Assembly (NCBI GenBank): GCA_964016885.1
Contig: OZ024742.1
Span: 119,970,001 to 120,034,000 of the forward strand
DNA: 64,000 nt
Direction of reading: 5' to 3'
From: Eledone cirrhosa
Lineage: Eukaryota
Part shown: piece by piece, positions 51,476-64,000 of the stretch
Layout of the letters: the number at the start of each line of letters is the position of its first letter
Position numbering within the stretch: position 1 is the first letter of the stretch
Translations under genes and position numbers: made by a program
Notes under the pieces: model-generated
What the model was told of the DNA's origin: nothing
Database searches by the model: none
The model's input: the letters and a program-made list of their open reading frames with translations, nothing else

Positions 51476-54024
51476 TTAAAGATAAGTTGCTTCCTTTTAC
51501 CCCTCATCACTACCTTACTGTCACAATTTTACACTATATTCAAGTGTATAGGAGTCTTATGTGAATCTTAACATTTATTGCTGTTATCATTGATTAGTCT
51601 CAAGTCGACTTTGATTCAGCAGATGTCTTTTCTTTAGCCCTTTCATTATGAAACTTCCCACGATTTTCAAATGATTTGGAGGGATTTAGTAATATAACAA
51701 ACTTTCTCATTATTAAACTGGTGTTTGGAACAATTTAACAAATGCACTGTCATAAAAATATAGTAAGTTTTTAGATAAACAAATATATTTAAAAAAAAGT
51801 TTTGTATTGTAGAACCAGGGGTAGTTTTAGGCATTTTAGTTGCAGGACAAAACAGAGAGACAGATACAAACATATATATACAACAGGCTTCTGCAGTTTC
51901 CATTTACCAAATTGTACTCACAAGGCACTGATCAACTTGCAGCTATAGTCAGAGACACTTGCCTAAGGTACTATGCAGCAGAATTGAACCTAGAACCATC
52001 TTTTGATATTATGCATTAAAATGATAAACTCCATAATAGGGTGGAGTATGGAATGACAAACCACCTACAATTCCTACTAGCATACAGAACAGCATTAAGA
52101 TGTAAAACCGCCAGTCTGATCAAGAAGCCTTCTGATCGAAAATCTTCCCTCTGTAGCCTCCATCTATCTCTCACCTCTACATCACTGATTCTTTTAGCAA
52201 TGCTCTAGTGGATATATCTCTTCAAGCCTTACTGGCTGTTCTTCCTCCACATGCCTCCCCAACCTTACTTGAAAGATACCTGAAGCAAATGAGATGTTCT
52301 AGCTAATCAGCTTTATTTACATTTGAGAGAGAGAGAGAGAGTGAGTGAGTGGGTGAGTGAGTGAGTGTGAGTGTGTGTGTGTGTATGTGCTTTATGGCTC
52401 AATAAAAATGGAAATTCTACAAAATCTAATTGTTCATAAAGCTAAAGACTGGATTAAAAATGAAATATATCATGAAACTTGACAAGTAGCCCAGCTTGAT
52501 GCCAAATCAAACTGGGTAAATATATTCAGCTCCCATCACCTGCCAGATTAAATTCTTTGTAGCCATAGTAAACTGAATTAACAATAAACTTGCACGCGTA
52601 TCATTAATTAGAAGTATCTAATCTAGTTTCACCTTTAAAAATCAATTTTGTCTATAAAAGTTAACAAAAGAGATTTGTTAAACTTAAACTCTTGCCCTTT
52701 TTAACATATATTTAACATTTTTCTTATTCTAGATGCTTCCCTTTTCTTTCCTACACACAAATATGCATGAACACAAAGAAAAGTGTTCATGTCCCACCTG
52801 CCAAACAATGGAAGTCCAGTCATTACTTATACTCTATAACAACCCAGTAAAAGTGATTCACAAACAAGTCACGCTAAGTTTACCACCCACTGTCCAACCA
52901 AGGACTAATAAACCAAGCACATGTTCTGCATGTAAAAGCTGTCAACAAATTCTGTCAGTTTTATCATAATATTTTTCCAATTTCTTTCAGACAGATTGAA
53001 CTGTCATCAACAATTTTAGCAACAATGCTTAACAAGAATCTTCACATAACACATCACCAGCACAAGATTAAAAGATAAGTATTTCCAGTCACATAGTAAA
53101 TACTTTTACAATAAAATAATTTAAAAAAATCAGAAATATAAAAATATAAAAGCAGAAATAGTGATAAAATAAATAAATATAACAGAAGTGAAAACATTAG
53201 TACAAAGCAAATTTAATGTGTAATAACTTACTATTTAGAATTTTATTACAGAGTTCTTTTACAAACAAAGCTAAGTATAACATGAATTTGGGAGATTTAA
53301 CATAATACTAAAATCATATCAAATCTATGCCAGTAGAGAAAAATAGATGTGTAATTAATGATGATAGTAATGATAATATTCCATATCAAGTAAATATCTT
53401 CTGAAATATTTGAGATTATTTCTATCGTTTTACATCAATTTGTAGGTAAGGTGAGTAGAGGTTGCTTGCAATTTTGCATCCACTTTGCAACAACGCTCTG
53501 TTCAGAATAAGTTTTTTTTTTTTACTGAATGTACAGGCATGGCTGTGTGGTTGATGAGTTTGCCTTACAATCACATAGTTTTGTGGTCAGTCCCAATGTG
53601 TAGCACCTTGGGCATGTGTCTTCTATTATAACTGTGCATTGACCAAGATGAGTAAAATTTGGTAGAGACCATCGCTTGTGTATATCATCATCATCAGTGT
53701 TCAACGTCCATCTTCCACACTAGCATGGGTTAGACGAGTTTGTCCCATCTAGAGGCAAGTTGGGTCGGGCAACCATGTCTCACTCATATAGGACTGTTTC
53801 TGGTTGGATGCCCTTCCTAGCATTTTATACATATAATGTGCCCCCAGCCTATTTCAGTATTCAGTAGAGCGGGCGAGCATGAGATGCAGGCCTCTATCTG
53901 GTCAGTAGCTCTGCTTCAGCACTGACTTGGCTTGTCATAACCCAATACAGCCCTTGTTAACGGGGACAACAGATGTTAAACGATGAAGATTGTGATATAT
54001 ATCATCATTTAACGTCCATTCATC

Positions 54025-55480
54025 ATACAATCTGCCCTTCATTTTGAGGGAAAAACCTTTTGTAGTTAGCAGTGGTAGTAGCTCCTTGAACTTTCTCCCT
54101 CCCGTTCTTACTCTGGATACTGTACTTTCGGAAAACCCTCCTCCACTGCTAATTCGGTCAGCCAGGTAGCAGAAACTGTTGACTATTTCTATAGAGCCCT
54201 CTGGACATTTGAAAGAGCCAGTATCTTGTGGGCTACTTACTGCACTTGTGCATCGGCTGCATATAAAACCTATGTTTTTGATAGCCAGCCTGTGATCCCA
54301 CTATATCTCTTGTGTCCCCATAGCTTGCATTTGGAGCATAGGATGGAGTTTCTACCTACTCCTTTCCTGCGCACTGAGCAAGGCCATTTCCCTGAAGGAA
54401 TCAGGGCTGTTTTCCTTTTTACATACTAGGACTTTAGACTTTGACAAGTTAACTTTAAGACTTTTTGATTCTAGGCCATGCTTCCAGGTTTCGAATTTCT
54501 CTTTTAATTCTGCTATAAGGGATAGATCATCATCATACAGAAGTTCCCATTGGCAGCCAGTCTTAACTCTTCTGTTATATCCTGTAGGACAATAATAAAT
54601 AAGAGAGGGCTAAGGACGGAGCCCTGATGGACATCTATCTGTATGCTAAATTCTTCACTATAGTCATTGTTAATTCTAATCCTATGGACTGTTCCTCTTT
54701 ACATGGCTTGTACTGCCCTCACAAGCCACTCATCTACTCCTAGTTCCCTTCTTGCAAAGTACACTAGCCTCCTTCCCCCATTCTGCCATTCTTTTCTCTT
54801 AATCGTCTCCCCCAATCTACTGTTACACCACTAAGTCTATCTCCTTCTCTCCAGAAACCTCCTCCAAAGACAGATTTCACTTGTCGCCTTCAATAGGTTA
54901 TCTTTAAGGAATTCTCACTGCTCCTCTATATTGTATGTCTCTATATGCTCTTCCTTACTGTCAAAAGCATCAAGCAACACACCTCTATATGTATTATTGG
55001 CTGTGGGGTCCTTTAACTTCTATATTCTGCTCCTCCAGGTTGTACTCTGTTGTCGAGTTCGTCTAGCCCTGACTATAAGGTTGCTAACCACTAGGTTATG
55101 TTGGGAGGTGCATTCTTCACTAGGGAGAGACTTTGTATTTACAACCATCACTCTGTCTCATCTTCTGGTAAGGATAAAATCTATTTGGCTGGTGTACTCC
55201 CCTGATCTATAGGTGATCAAGTAATTGTCTCACTTTTTGAAGTTCCTGTTACAGATTGATAGATCATTGGCATTACAGAATTCCAGGAGCCTGAAACTTT
55301 CCTCATTTCTAGCACCAAACCCATAACCCTCGTCGATCCTTGCTTATTTGTTGCTTCTTTGGGAAGTAGTGTGCAGGAGGAATTTGTAGAACCTGACTTT
55401 TATAATGTCTGGTAGACCAGATTGGGATGCATAAGCAGATATAATTGACACAGTTGTTGTATTTAGTACTAGTCTAATTT
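54025..55480 (-). mobile_element. RTE-clade LINE fragment (endonuclease and RT pieces), same family as 21625-22720
   Basis: Reverse-strand translation gives SAYASQSG, GFGARNEE...LLEFC, ITYRSG..SQIDFIL, HQGSVLSPLLF, LLYDDDL and WPCSVRRKGVGRNSILC. Decayed and internally deleted. Confidence 0.88.
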
Positions 55481-58400
55481 TAATGATTCTGTCGTTCACT
55501 CTGTTTACTGCAGTACTTTATGTTTACTATTTGTTTATGTTCTTTAACAGTTTGACAAAAAGAAATAAAAAAAAGGATCAGACTTGAAAAAGTTAATACT
55601 AGGGTTGATATGATTGACTTGAAGGTGGTGCCCCAGCATGGCTGCAAGCTAATGACTGAAACCAATAACAGAATAAAAGAATACTGCATCAGACAAAATG
55701 CTTTGTGGCATATAGTTACGGCGTTCTGAGTTCAAATCACAACAAGGTTAAATTTGCCTTTCATTCTTACAAGGTTGATAAAATCAAGTACCAGTAATGC
55801 ACTTGGGTTGATTTAATCGACTTTCCCTTTCCCTTGAAATTGCAGGCCTTGTGCCAAAAGTAAAAACAATTAGTAGGCAAATTGAAGCCAGTAGAAATAT
55901 CTGTTATACACAGAACACAACATGATAGCTGTAAGGATTGAACATCATGATCATGTGGCGAACAGTTTAGCACATTCCCTTCCCAATCATTGCATCTTCT
56001 ATAATGTGATAATGAGCCCTTTTAAAATTAGAATATTTAACTGGATACAGTATTTGACAGCTAGCTATAGGTATTAATTTCAAACCCATGATAGGCATTT
56101 TCTTGTACCGGATCTTCAGAGAATGTTAACTGAAATAGACTGGTCTAATGACTGGGATAAATTTATCTTCCATCTGCTTTCCATTAAAAAACTAGAACTA
56201 TACAACAACACTTAACAATCTCTTAGAGTTGGTGTCATTTTCACCTTAATATTGTGCCACGTTGAACATTCACTTCCATATATATATATATTCTACAGAG
56301 CAAATTCACTGTAGTAAAATTGGTAATATGGTTACTCAGAAAGTAATAAATGTGACATTCTTGTTTTTACATTCTGACCAGTAGCAAACTGGATCCTGTT
56401 TGCACAAACAGGTTTACTATATATATATATTTTTTTTTTTTTCATTTTTTTTTTCATATAATGGCAACCAGTTGTTAACATTTTTGCAGTACACTGAAGA
56501 GAGAGATACTGAGAAAGTTATGACATTAGTCAACCGATATAGTCATATAACTCTGCTCACTCATGTTGAGTTGACCTTGTAATGTTTCAGAGTAAATCTT
56601 AATGACTAGTTTATGGCAAGATATTGTTCTGTTTTAATATTAAGTTTAGAAGATTGGTAAACTGTATCTACTATGATAAAAGTGAAGAAATGCACATAAG
56701 TGTTTATATACATATGCTTATGTGGATATATGAGTGTATGTGTGTAATTATGTGGTTGCTTATGTAGATATATATATGTGTGTGCATGTAATAATGTGGA
56801 TGTTTATGAAGATATATGTGTGTTTGTGTGTGCGCATGTTTTTGTATATATATGTTCTCATTATTCTGTCCATACACCACCATTCTGCTACCTCGATAAT
56901 AATTTAATTTGTTATCAAGATTGTATTGCTCTGGTGACCTTAGCCTCTGAGAGGTTAGTCATCACTCCTGGGTGCAACTCATCTACGTCAGAAGATCCTG
57001 TGGCGACTGAGTTTAGGAGACCAGTAAAGTATTCTCTGCAACCATGATCCTCCCAGGATTAAGTGAACAAAGATCAGATAGGTGGCAGAGTGGTGGTATA
57101 TGGACAGAAAAGTGTGAACATATATACAAAAACAATTACACATACACACATATATTTGTGTGGTTGTTTGATGTATTGGACATATCTACTAATCCGTTCT
57201 CCATCCCTCTTCCCTATAATTCTTTTACCTATAACTCTTTTTGTGGCTGTTTAAGCAATGTATAGATAACTTTCTGTGCCTTTTTTATTTATTCACTTCA
57301 CCTCCTTCAAGCTTTATCCTCTCACACCACACTGCTTGCTTGACCAACCTCCTTCTCACTGATTATCAGGCCGTATCCACTCACACCACACTGCTTGCTT
57401 GACCAACCCCCTTCCAACAGATTATACCTCAAGTTCAGTTTATGCTTTTATTTCCTCACACCATGGAAGGTTTGTATAATGAAATGTTATATCCAATATA
57501 CCATACAACAAATAAACTTTACAAATTTTATAGTGATTTTTTTTTCCATTGGTATGGACCATATCTAGTTTCCACAGATTGTGGATGTTATTTTAATAAT
57601 ATATTTTAGACCCTCATAACGAAGCAATATTTTATTGATGATATTGGAATTTCGTTATACACAACCCGTGGTTACAATTTTTGTAGCTTAGTGAAATGGT
57701 TGTTAAAATCTTGACAGCTCATTACTGCTTATAAATCAATATTATATTCTCCTGAATCATTGATACAAATTAAAGAGGTGGATTCAATTCTTCATGTTAA
57801 TTTTCGAAAAAATTTTTTTAGCAATTAGTCAAAGAAGGGACCGTCCCCATGTCTCAAGAGGCAATAAAATTATCTCAACAGAATGAGTGAACCTGCTAGA
57901 AATAGCAGCTAGATATCTCTTAAACCACATCTTACCTCATATATTTGTCTCTTAAAAAAAAGAAAGGGATAAAATGACTATAGATATACTATATATCTGA
58001 ATATATAGTATAATGATTGTACTGAATTTTTTTCTGCCATGAATGTTAGAATCTCACAAAAGCATTTTAAAATTTATATTTAGAATCAATGAAATACAAT
58101 AAAAAATAAAAGGAAAAATAGGTGGAATGATGATGATGCACATTTGGTGCATATTACTAGGTATCACAGTAGAGCCCTGTAGAAGGGTGATATGCACAGT
58201 TTGACCATGCAATTTTGGGCCCTAGAAGTTCTAGAGCTCAAAATTAGTATTGGATTATCATATTGAGAATGTTTTTTATTCCCTCTCGCTGTTTTAACAT
58301 GTGGTGAGCGAGGTCAGAATTTTCATTTTTCTTTGAGAAATGTTGATCAAATTTCACTAATAATATTGTGCAATGAACATTATTTTGTAGACTAAAGTCT

Positions 58401-59289
58401 GATGTGATTTTTTTTCTGAATACAGTCAGATAATTTAGGTAGTGTTTACATTTTCACAAGCACTGCCAATTCATTCCCACCCCTCTCTCCAGCTAACGAG
58501 TGTGCTTACAGGAATTAGTTTTCACATTTTGTTTGTTTTTAATCTAAGTCTACATGCAATTCTGAGAAAGTTTCATTAATAATTAAATAAATTTTGGTTA
58601 ATTTTTAAGACTCAGCAAATGCCTTATTGAATTTGCAACTTAGCATATGTAAGTGTTGGATTTTTATCAAAAATATATGACAAGGAAGTTCACATCTAGG
58701 AAGTTGACATTCAGAATAATATATAATTGTCCACAGACAAAAATGTATTTGACATTAAAATGATCAAGCAAACTGTAATTGTGTTGCTCCTTCTATAGAG
58801 CTCTATATGGATACCTATTAAATGTATTGTAAAGCTCCAAATATACCATGGATACTATTAATTTGTGTAATTTGAAGACGGTTATCACTTCTGTTTCAAA
58901 GATATGACATCACAAATATGGCTAATTATTCATTCAGGCCTAATTAGGCAAGATTTCAACCAATTCACTGACCATTCAAATCATAAAATATTTATCCAAA
59001 TTTCACAAATGAGGTATCAAAATGTTTCTTTTTGGATGCTCTCCAAGAAAAATACAGTAGAAGTTAGATTTAAATATTTTCAAAAATTCATAGCTATACC
59101 TACTATTACATCTATTTTTTGCACATTACTTCTTTGGTCTGCTTTTTATGTATGGCTGAATGTCCACTATCACCAATCATTTTACAAAAAGAAGTTAACT
59201 CATAGCAGAGTGCCATATACGGCTATGTTTCTACATGATATTAAACATTATTTTATAGGAAATTAAAGGTAGTGTTTTGATTAACTTAC

Positions 59290-59394
59290 CTTTTAATCGA
59301 GCTCTGATCAATCCTGTTCTTTCTTCTAACCGAACAATACGTACTTTTGCTCCTAATTTGGCAACATAATCATCTAACTTTTTCCCTAAGTAAT
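59290..59394 (-). CDS. GALNT1: GalNAc-transferase (GALNT1/13-like) exon, GT-A catalytic domain: (D)YLGKKLDDYVAKLGAKVRIVRLEERTGLIRARLKG
   Basis: Manual reverse-complement translation. Acceptor ttacag|, donor |gtaagt, 105 nt, phase 1-1. Contains the GLIRARL motif of GT27 enzymes. Upstream exons are outside the window. Confidence 0.93.
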
Positions 59395-62300
59395 CTGTAA
59401 AAAGAAAAAGAAAAATGTATAAATAGATATATCATGCAAGTAAAAATATGGTCATAATTCATGGACAGTAGCAATAATGGTTTCAAAAATTGGCACATGG
59501 TCAGCAATTTGTAGGCAAAGTCAATTGTATCAACCCGGTACTTAACTGGTAATTTATTTTATTCTCTGCAGGATCTGAACTCCAAACATAAAGAGCTGGA
59601 ACAAAAACTGTTAAGCACTCTAGCAACTCTGCCAGTCCATAATAATGCTACTGTCTTCATCATAAATATCATTATGGCCATTACTATAGTTGAACATGGT
59701 GTTTTCCACTAGAATATGTTATTAGTAGTAGAAATTGTTGCATGCTTTTGTTTAGTATCAAGTAGTGTTAAGAAGGCGATAGACAAGAGTTTAATAACCA
59801 ACAAATGATCCTCCATATACATTTTAGGCAAAGCAAATAGAGTCAAAGTGGCATGGAGTTCAAGATAATTGATTACTATACTACTGTGATACACAGTTTG
59901 TGAAATGCCATCACCTTTTACTTAAAGTCCAAATTGGATCAGGTCTCACCTGGTCTTCCACTTGATCTTACTACTAATACTAAAAGCATTATTTTCAGGA
60001 TTTGAACATTACAAATTTCTAGTCTTTGGAAAGAAAGAGAAAAAAGTGATGATAATCATCGAAATCATGATCAGCTTAACATTGTGTGTGCGTGAGAGAG
60101 AGTGTGTAAGTATGTGTGTGTGTCTATGCCCTCCACATATTTTATAAGTATTGGGACAATCATTTAGATAGTGTAAAGTTAGGCCAAGGTAGGTAATGAT
60201 AGATCAATAACCTTCAACTTGTAACAAAACTAAAAGGAAATGAACGAAAAAATAAAATTATACATATTAACTTGTTTAACCTCTTCATAAACATATTTCT
60301 AAAAAAGACACTGTATATGGGTTTCAATTAATTTTGAAAATAATATTTTGAAGTAATTTAGTAATATAACTAACTCTTTCATAATTAAACTGATGTTTGG
60401 AACACAAGTTGTTACATGAAAACACACTCGAAGGATTTTAGCAGAGAGAACGGATGTTAAATGATAACGATGATGAGGATAAACACTTTGAAATAAACAA
60501 CTTAGTATCGTAAAACCAAGGATGGTTTCAAATGACTTGGTATCAAAAGGGTTAATCTGTTTGTTTCCCAATTACTTAATCTGTCAATAATTTCAACTCG
60601 TCTAGTCTGATGTTCTACTACTATTCTGAAACACCACCCCATAGTTTTGTTTGATGAGTTTTTCACCAATGAGGGTGGTTTGTTTTAATGAAAGCTGGAG
60701 AAGAGGAACTGAGATGACAAATTAATAATCAGCTCCAAGATGAAATTAACAGAGTTTTTATGAGTTTTTACCAACTATAATCAATATTTTCTTAGACTTC
60801 TGTATTTGTATAAAATCAATGTATAGTTAACAGCAATTGTAGGACCATTGGATAAAAAGAAATATCTCTACCAGCTGACAATCTATTACTATTAGTCTTA
60901 CTAATGTAAATTACAAATATTTTAATCTTCCCATCATGGACTGACTCCTTATTCCCTTGTCCAGATGTTTTAATCTTATTTTAATTGAGACACAGAAAAC
61001 TCTTTAGTCCATTGTTTTATTTCAGCTGAAGGGCTTATAACATCATTCTTGCAGACTAATGATTAATGGGAGGAAAAAGTGGGCAATGAAGAAAGTAATT
61101 CTATAAAAGTAACACTAAGTACAATATTTTCTATGGAGTCTAGGAAGTTGGTGAGTAATGTGTAAGGATTTGTTATCAACTCACTAGAGACTGTCCATAA
61201 TTTTCATACAAAACTTCCAATTTTGAATTGAATTGAATTAAATTAGAACCTATCAACATTTCTTTTTATCAGAGCCTTTTCGTTGTGTTCTAAACTACTT
61301 GATAAGGAAAGGATTAACTAGAAGTGAAACAGAAGAGAAGTTTCAGTTAAGAGTTGGGGCCCAAGTCGTCGAGCTCCTCATGGGGGGCCCTGGAAACTGA
61401 TCGCTGATTTTGATTAGATGAACAAGCTGAGACAGCAACAGTCTCATACACCACAAAAAGAAAAAGTTTCAGTTAAGATTTGACAATAGGTTCATTGCAT
61501 GATGGTGGATTTTCAGATGATTATGATTAAATAAAAAATTCTAGTCTACCTGGAACAGACAACAGAAAATCTTTCCATCTCTACTTATCGTACACAATTT
61601 CAACAGTGATGTAAATAAAGTGATTTTAACAAGTGAGTAAAATAACTGGTTTCCATAATGAAATATGAGGAAAATAAAGTTATTCTATTGGCAGGAATAA
61701 ATTAGATATCAAAGTTGTAGCTCATTTATCTTCATAGTTGTTTGTAAAGTGAAGCTGGGAGTTCTTGAATGAAATGCTATGTCTAAATTTTAAAATCATT
61801 TAAAAGGAAAAGAAATGGTAAATATAAAAGTGTCTTCTTACAGACTGGAGGATGTTCTGAAAAGATTAATTGAAATGTGCTTAATAATGATATAACTCTA
61901 TATGAAATAACAGATCATTCTACCATATAAAACAACACTTGATATTCTTTATAGGAATACATTTCTAGTTTCTGAAAGCAGCCATTTATCTATTTACATG
62001 GTTCTGTGTCTGGACAAAAGCAACACAATCACAATTTCAATGTTCTTTAGAGTAAACTGAAGAGACTTCTATTCAGCAACCACATAAGCAAGATTAAATT
62101 TGTTTGAATAGTTTGATATAAAAAAAACCCAAAGTTCTTGAGAATAAACTGGAATTGAATGTGTTGGTCACAGGGTGTGTAAGGGACATATAATTCTTAC
62201 ATTAGATTATCAGTTATAATTAAGATCAAATAGAATTTCTGTGATCAAGTAGCTAAAAAATGATAACACAAAAGGTTATAAGTTCAAATCATGTTTACAA

Positions 62301-63309
62301 ATTCTAATTGCATTGTGTTGTATTCCAAGACATTGTGTAGTGTCCTCAGGCAAAGCTTTGTTTTTCTTTTAGTAGTTTCATCTAAGCTATCTAAGACATA
62401 AAATGCCACTCATGTTTCACAATGAAGCAGATAATGATAAGGACATTCAATAGTAGAGTAATTATTTCTCACAATTCATGGTAATTTCTAGATAGACAAA
62501 CTTAAGTTTTAAAAAATGCAAGATATAAAAAGAAGATATAAAGTTAAAAAGGGAAAGATTGGTAAATTGTAATAGATTTGTAATTTTGTCAAATACTAAA
62601 ACTAGAATGCAATTTTATTTTCATTACTATTAAACTATAGTGGTGGATTGGCAATATTGGTAGAGGGTCGGACGCCATGCTTTGACGCAAAGGGTTACGG
62701 CCCTGTCCATTCTGAGTTCAAATCCTGCCGAGGTTAACTTTGCCTTTCATCCTTACAGGGTCAATAAAATAAAGTACCAGTAATGCACTGGGTAATTGCT
62801 GGCCTTGTGCCAAAAGTAGAAACAATTATTATTAGACAGCAGTGGATTGACAGTATCAGTAGATCATCAGACAACGTGCTTGCTGCATATAGTTATGTCC
62901 CTTTATATTTTGAGTTCAAATCCTGCTGAAGTTAGCTTTGCTTTTCATCCATACAGGGTAGATAAAATAAAGTACCAGTAATGCTCTGAGGTAAATTTAA
63001 TCAACTTTCCCCTCTGCCAAAATCAGAAATCATTATTATTAGACTAATGCAGAAGCAATTATTTACAACCATATGACCAAAAGAAGCTATAACAAGAAAG
63101 TATACACAGTAACAAGATTGATAGCAAGAACCGCAGTAACTAATCACTAACTTCACTATTGTAAACAAAATCATAACATCACACAATACAGAGCTCATTC
63201 TAAAAACACAAGCAAATCGACTGTCATTAACAAAAGTCTACTTGACTCTAAGGGGAAAATTTTCACGTGATGTGGGAATTTTCCCAAAGAACCTGGTTCT
63301 CATGAAAGC

Positions 63310-63975
63310 CTGTACAGTGCACTACATATAAATGGAGTTCCACTGAATCAGGTAGAAAAGTTCAAGTATCTTGGGGTCAGGTTCACGAGTGATGGAAGGC
63401 AAGAGGCTAAATTAAGTGCAAGTATTGTAGGTGTTGGGGCAGTAATGCGCCAGCTTCAGCATTCAGTAATCAGAAGAAGGGAGGTAGGTATAAAAGCCAA
63501 ACTCACTATCTTCAATTTGGTGTTCATGCTGACCCTTACCTATGGTCATGAATCTTGGGTAATGACTGAAAGTATACGGTCGTGAATACAACTGGCTGGA
63601 ATGGGTTTTTTCCAAAGGGTCTTTGGAGTAACGTTACTTTGTAGAGTGCGTAGTTCAGAGATCAAAGAGTCACTCCAAATAGAGCCGCTACTTCTACAAA
63701 TTAAGAGATCACAGCTCCGATACTATGGTCATGTTGTTAAAATGTATCAAGAAAGAATTACTGGACAGATTTTACGAGCAAAACCAACCGGCAGGAGACC
63801 CAGGGGTAGACTCCCAGCAAGATGATTAGATAATATCCATGAACATGGCTTGTCTCGCTTGGGGATCCAGCCGGATCAGTTGGAGACGGTTGATTCTGAC
63901 AGGACCCACTGGAGGGAGTGTTTGAGGACTTTGCCCCAACGACCCTCTTAGGAATAAGTAGGTGAAGAAGAATAA
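63310..63975 (+). mobile_element. RTE-like LINE 3' fragment
   Basis: QVEKFKYLGVRFTSDG, LTYGHESWVMT, RSQLRYYGHVVKM, GRRPRGR, and a (GAA)-type tail. Homologous to 4218-4792. Confidence 0.9.
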
Positions 63976-64000
63976 GAACCTTTTGGAGAGGCCTTTTAAA

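Noticed and set aside
57320-57410. ~30-bp direct duplication (also the 20-bp x3 repeat at 26938-26992 and the 43-bp duplication at 21360-21452)
   Set aside because: Ordinary local slippage duplications with no further structure.

Overview
AT-rich eukaryotic (animal) genomic DNA. The repeat content (tRNA-type SINEs with (GAT)n tails, RTE LINEs, long (TA)/(GT)/(GA) microsatellites) suggests an octopus/coleoid cephalopod, which is inference only. One gene spans the window on the minus strand: the 3' part of a polypeptide N-acetylgalactosaminyltransferase of the GALNT1/GALNT13 (Drosophila pgant5-like) type. I read its exons by hand from 59394 down to the stop at 3969; all have GT-AG sites and matching phases, and the 5' exons lie beyond the window. 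The main finding is that the exon encoding the beta repeat of the ricin-type lectin domain is duplicated. A canonical copy (24195-24329; CLD...CHGLGGNQIW) and a divergent, more basic copy (17389-17520; CLH...CPNAYGGW, sugar-binding residues lost) are both phase 0-0, which suggests mutually exclusive splicing. A possible decayed third copy lies at 18808-18937, and RBFOX/NOVA-type motifs sit upstream of the divergent exon. The introns around this cassette are rich in fold-back structure: a 195-bp-arm palindrome carrying minimal hammerhead ribozyme motifs inside a Helitron, a sense-strand hammerhead motif between the two alternative exons, a ~200-bp long-range inverted duplication split by a piggyBac, and a twin-primed RTE LINE. 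A DD37D (maT) Tc1/mariner element and piggyBac MITEs are also present.
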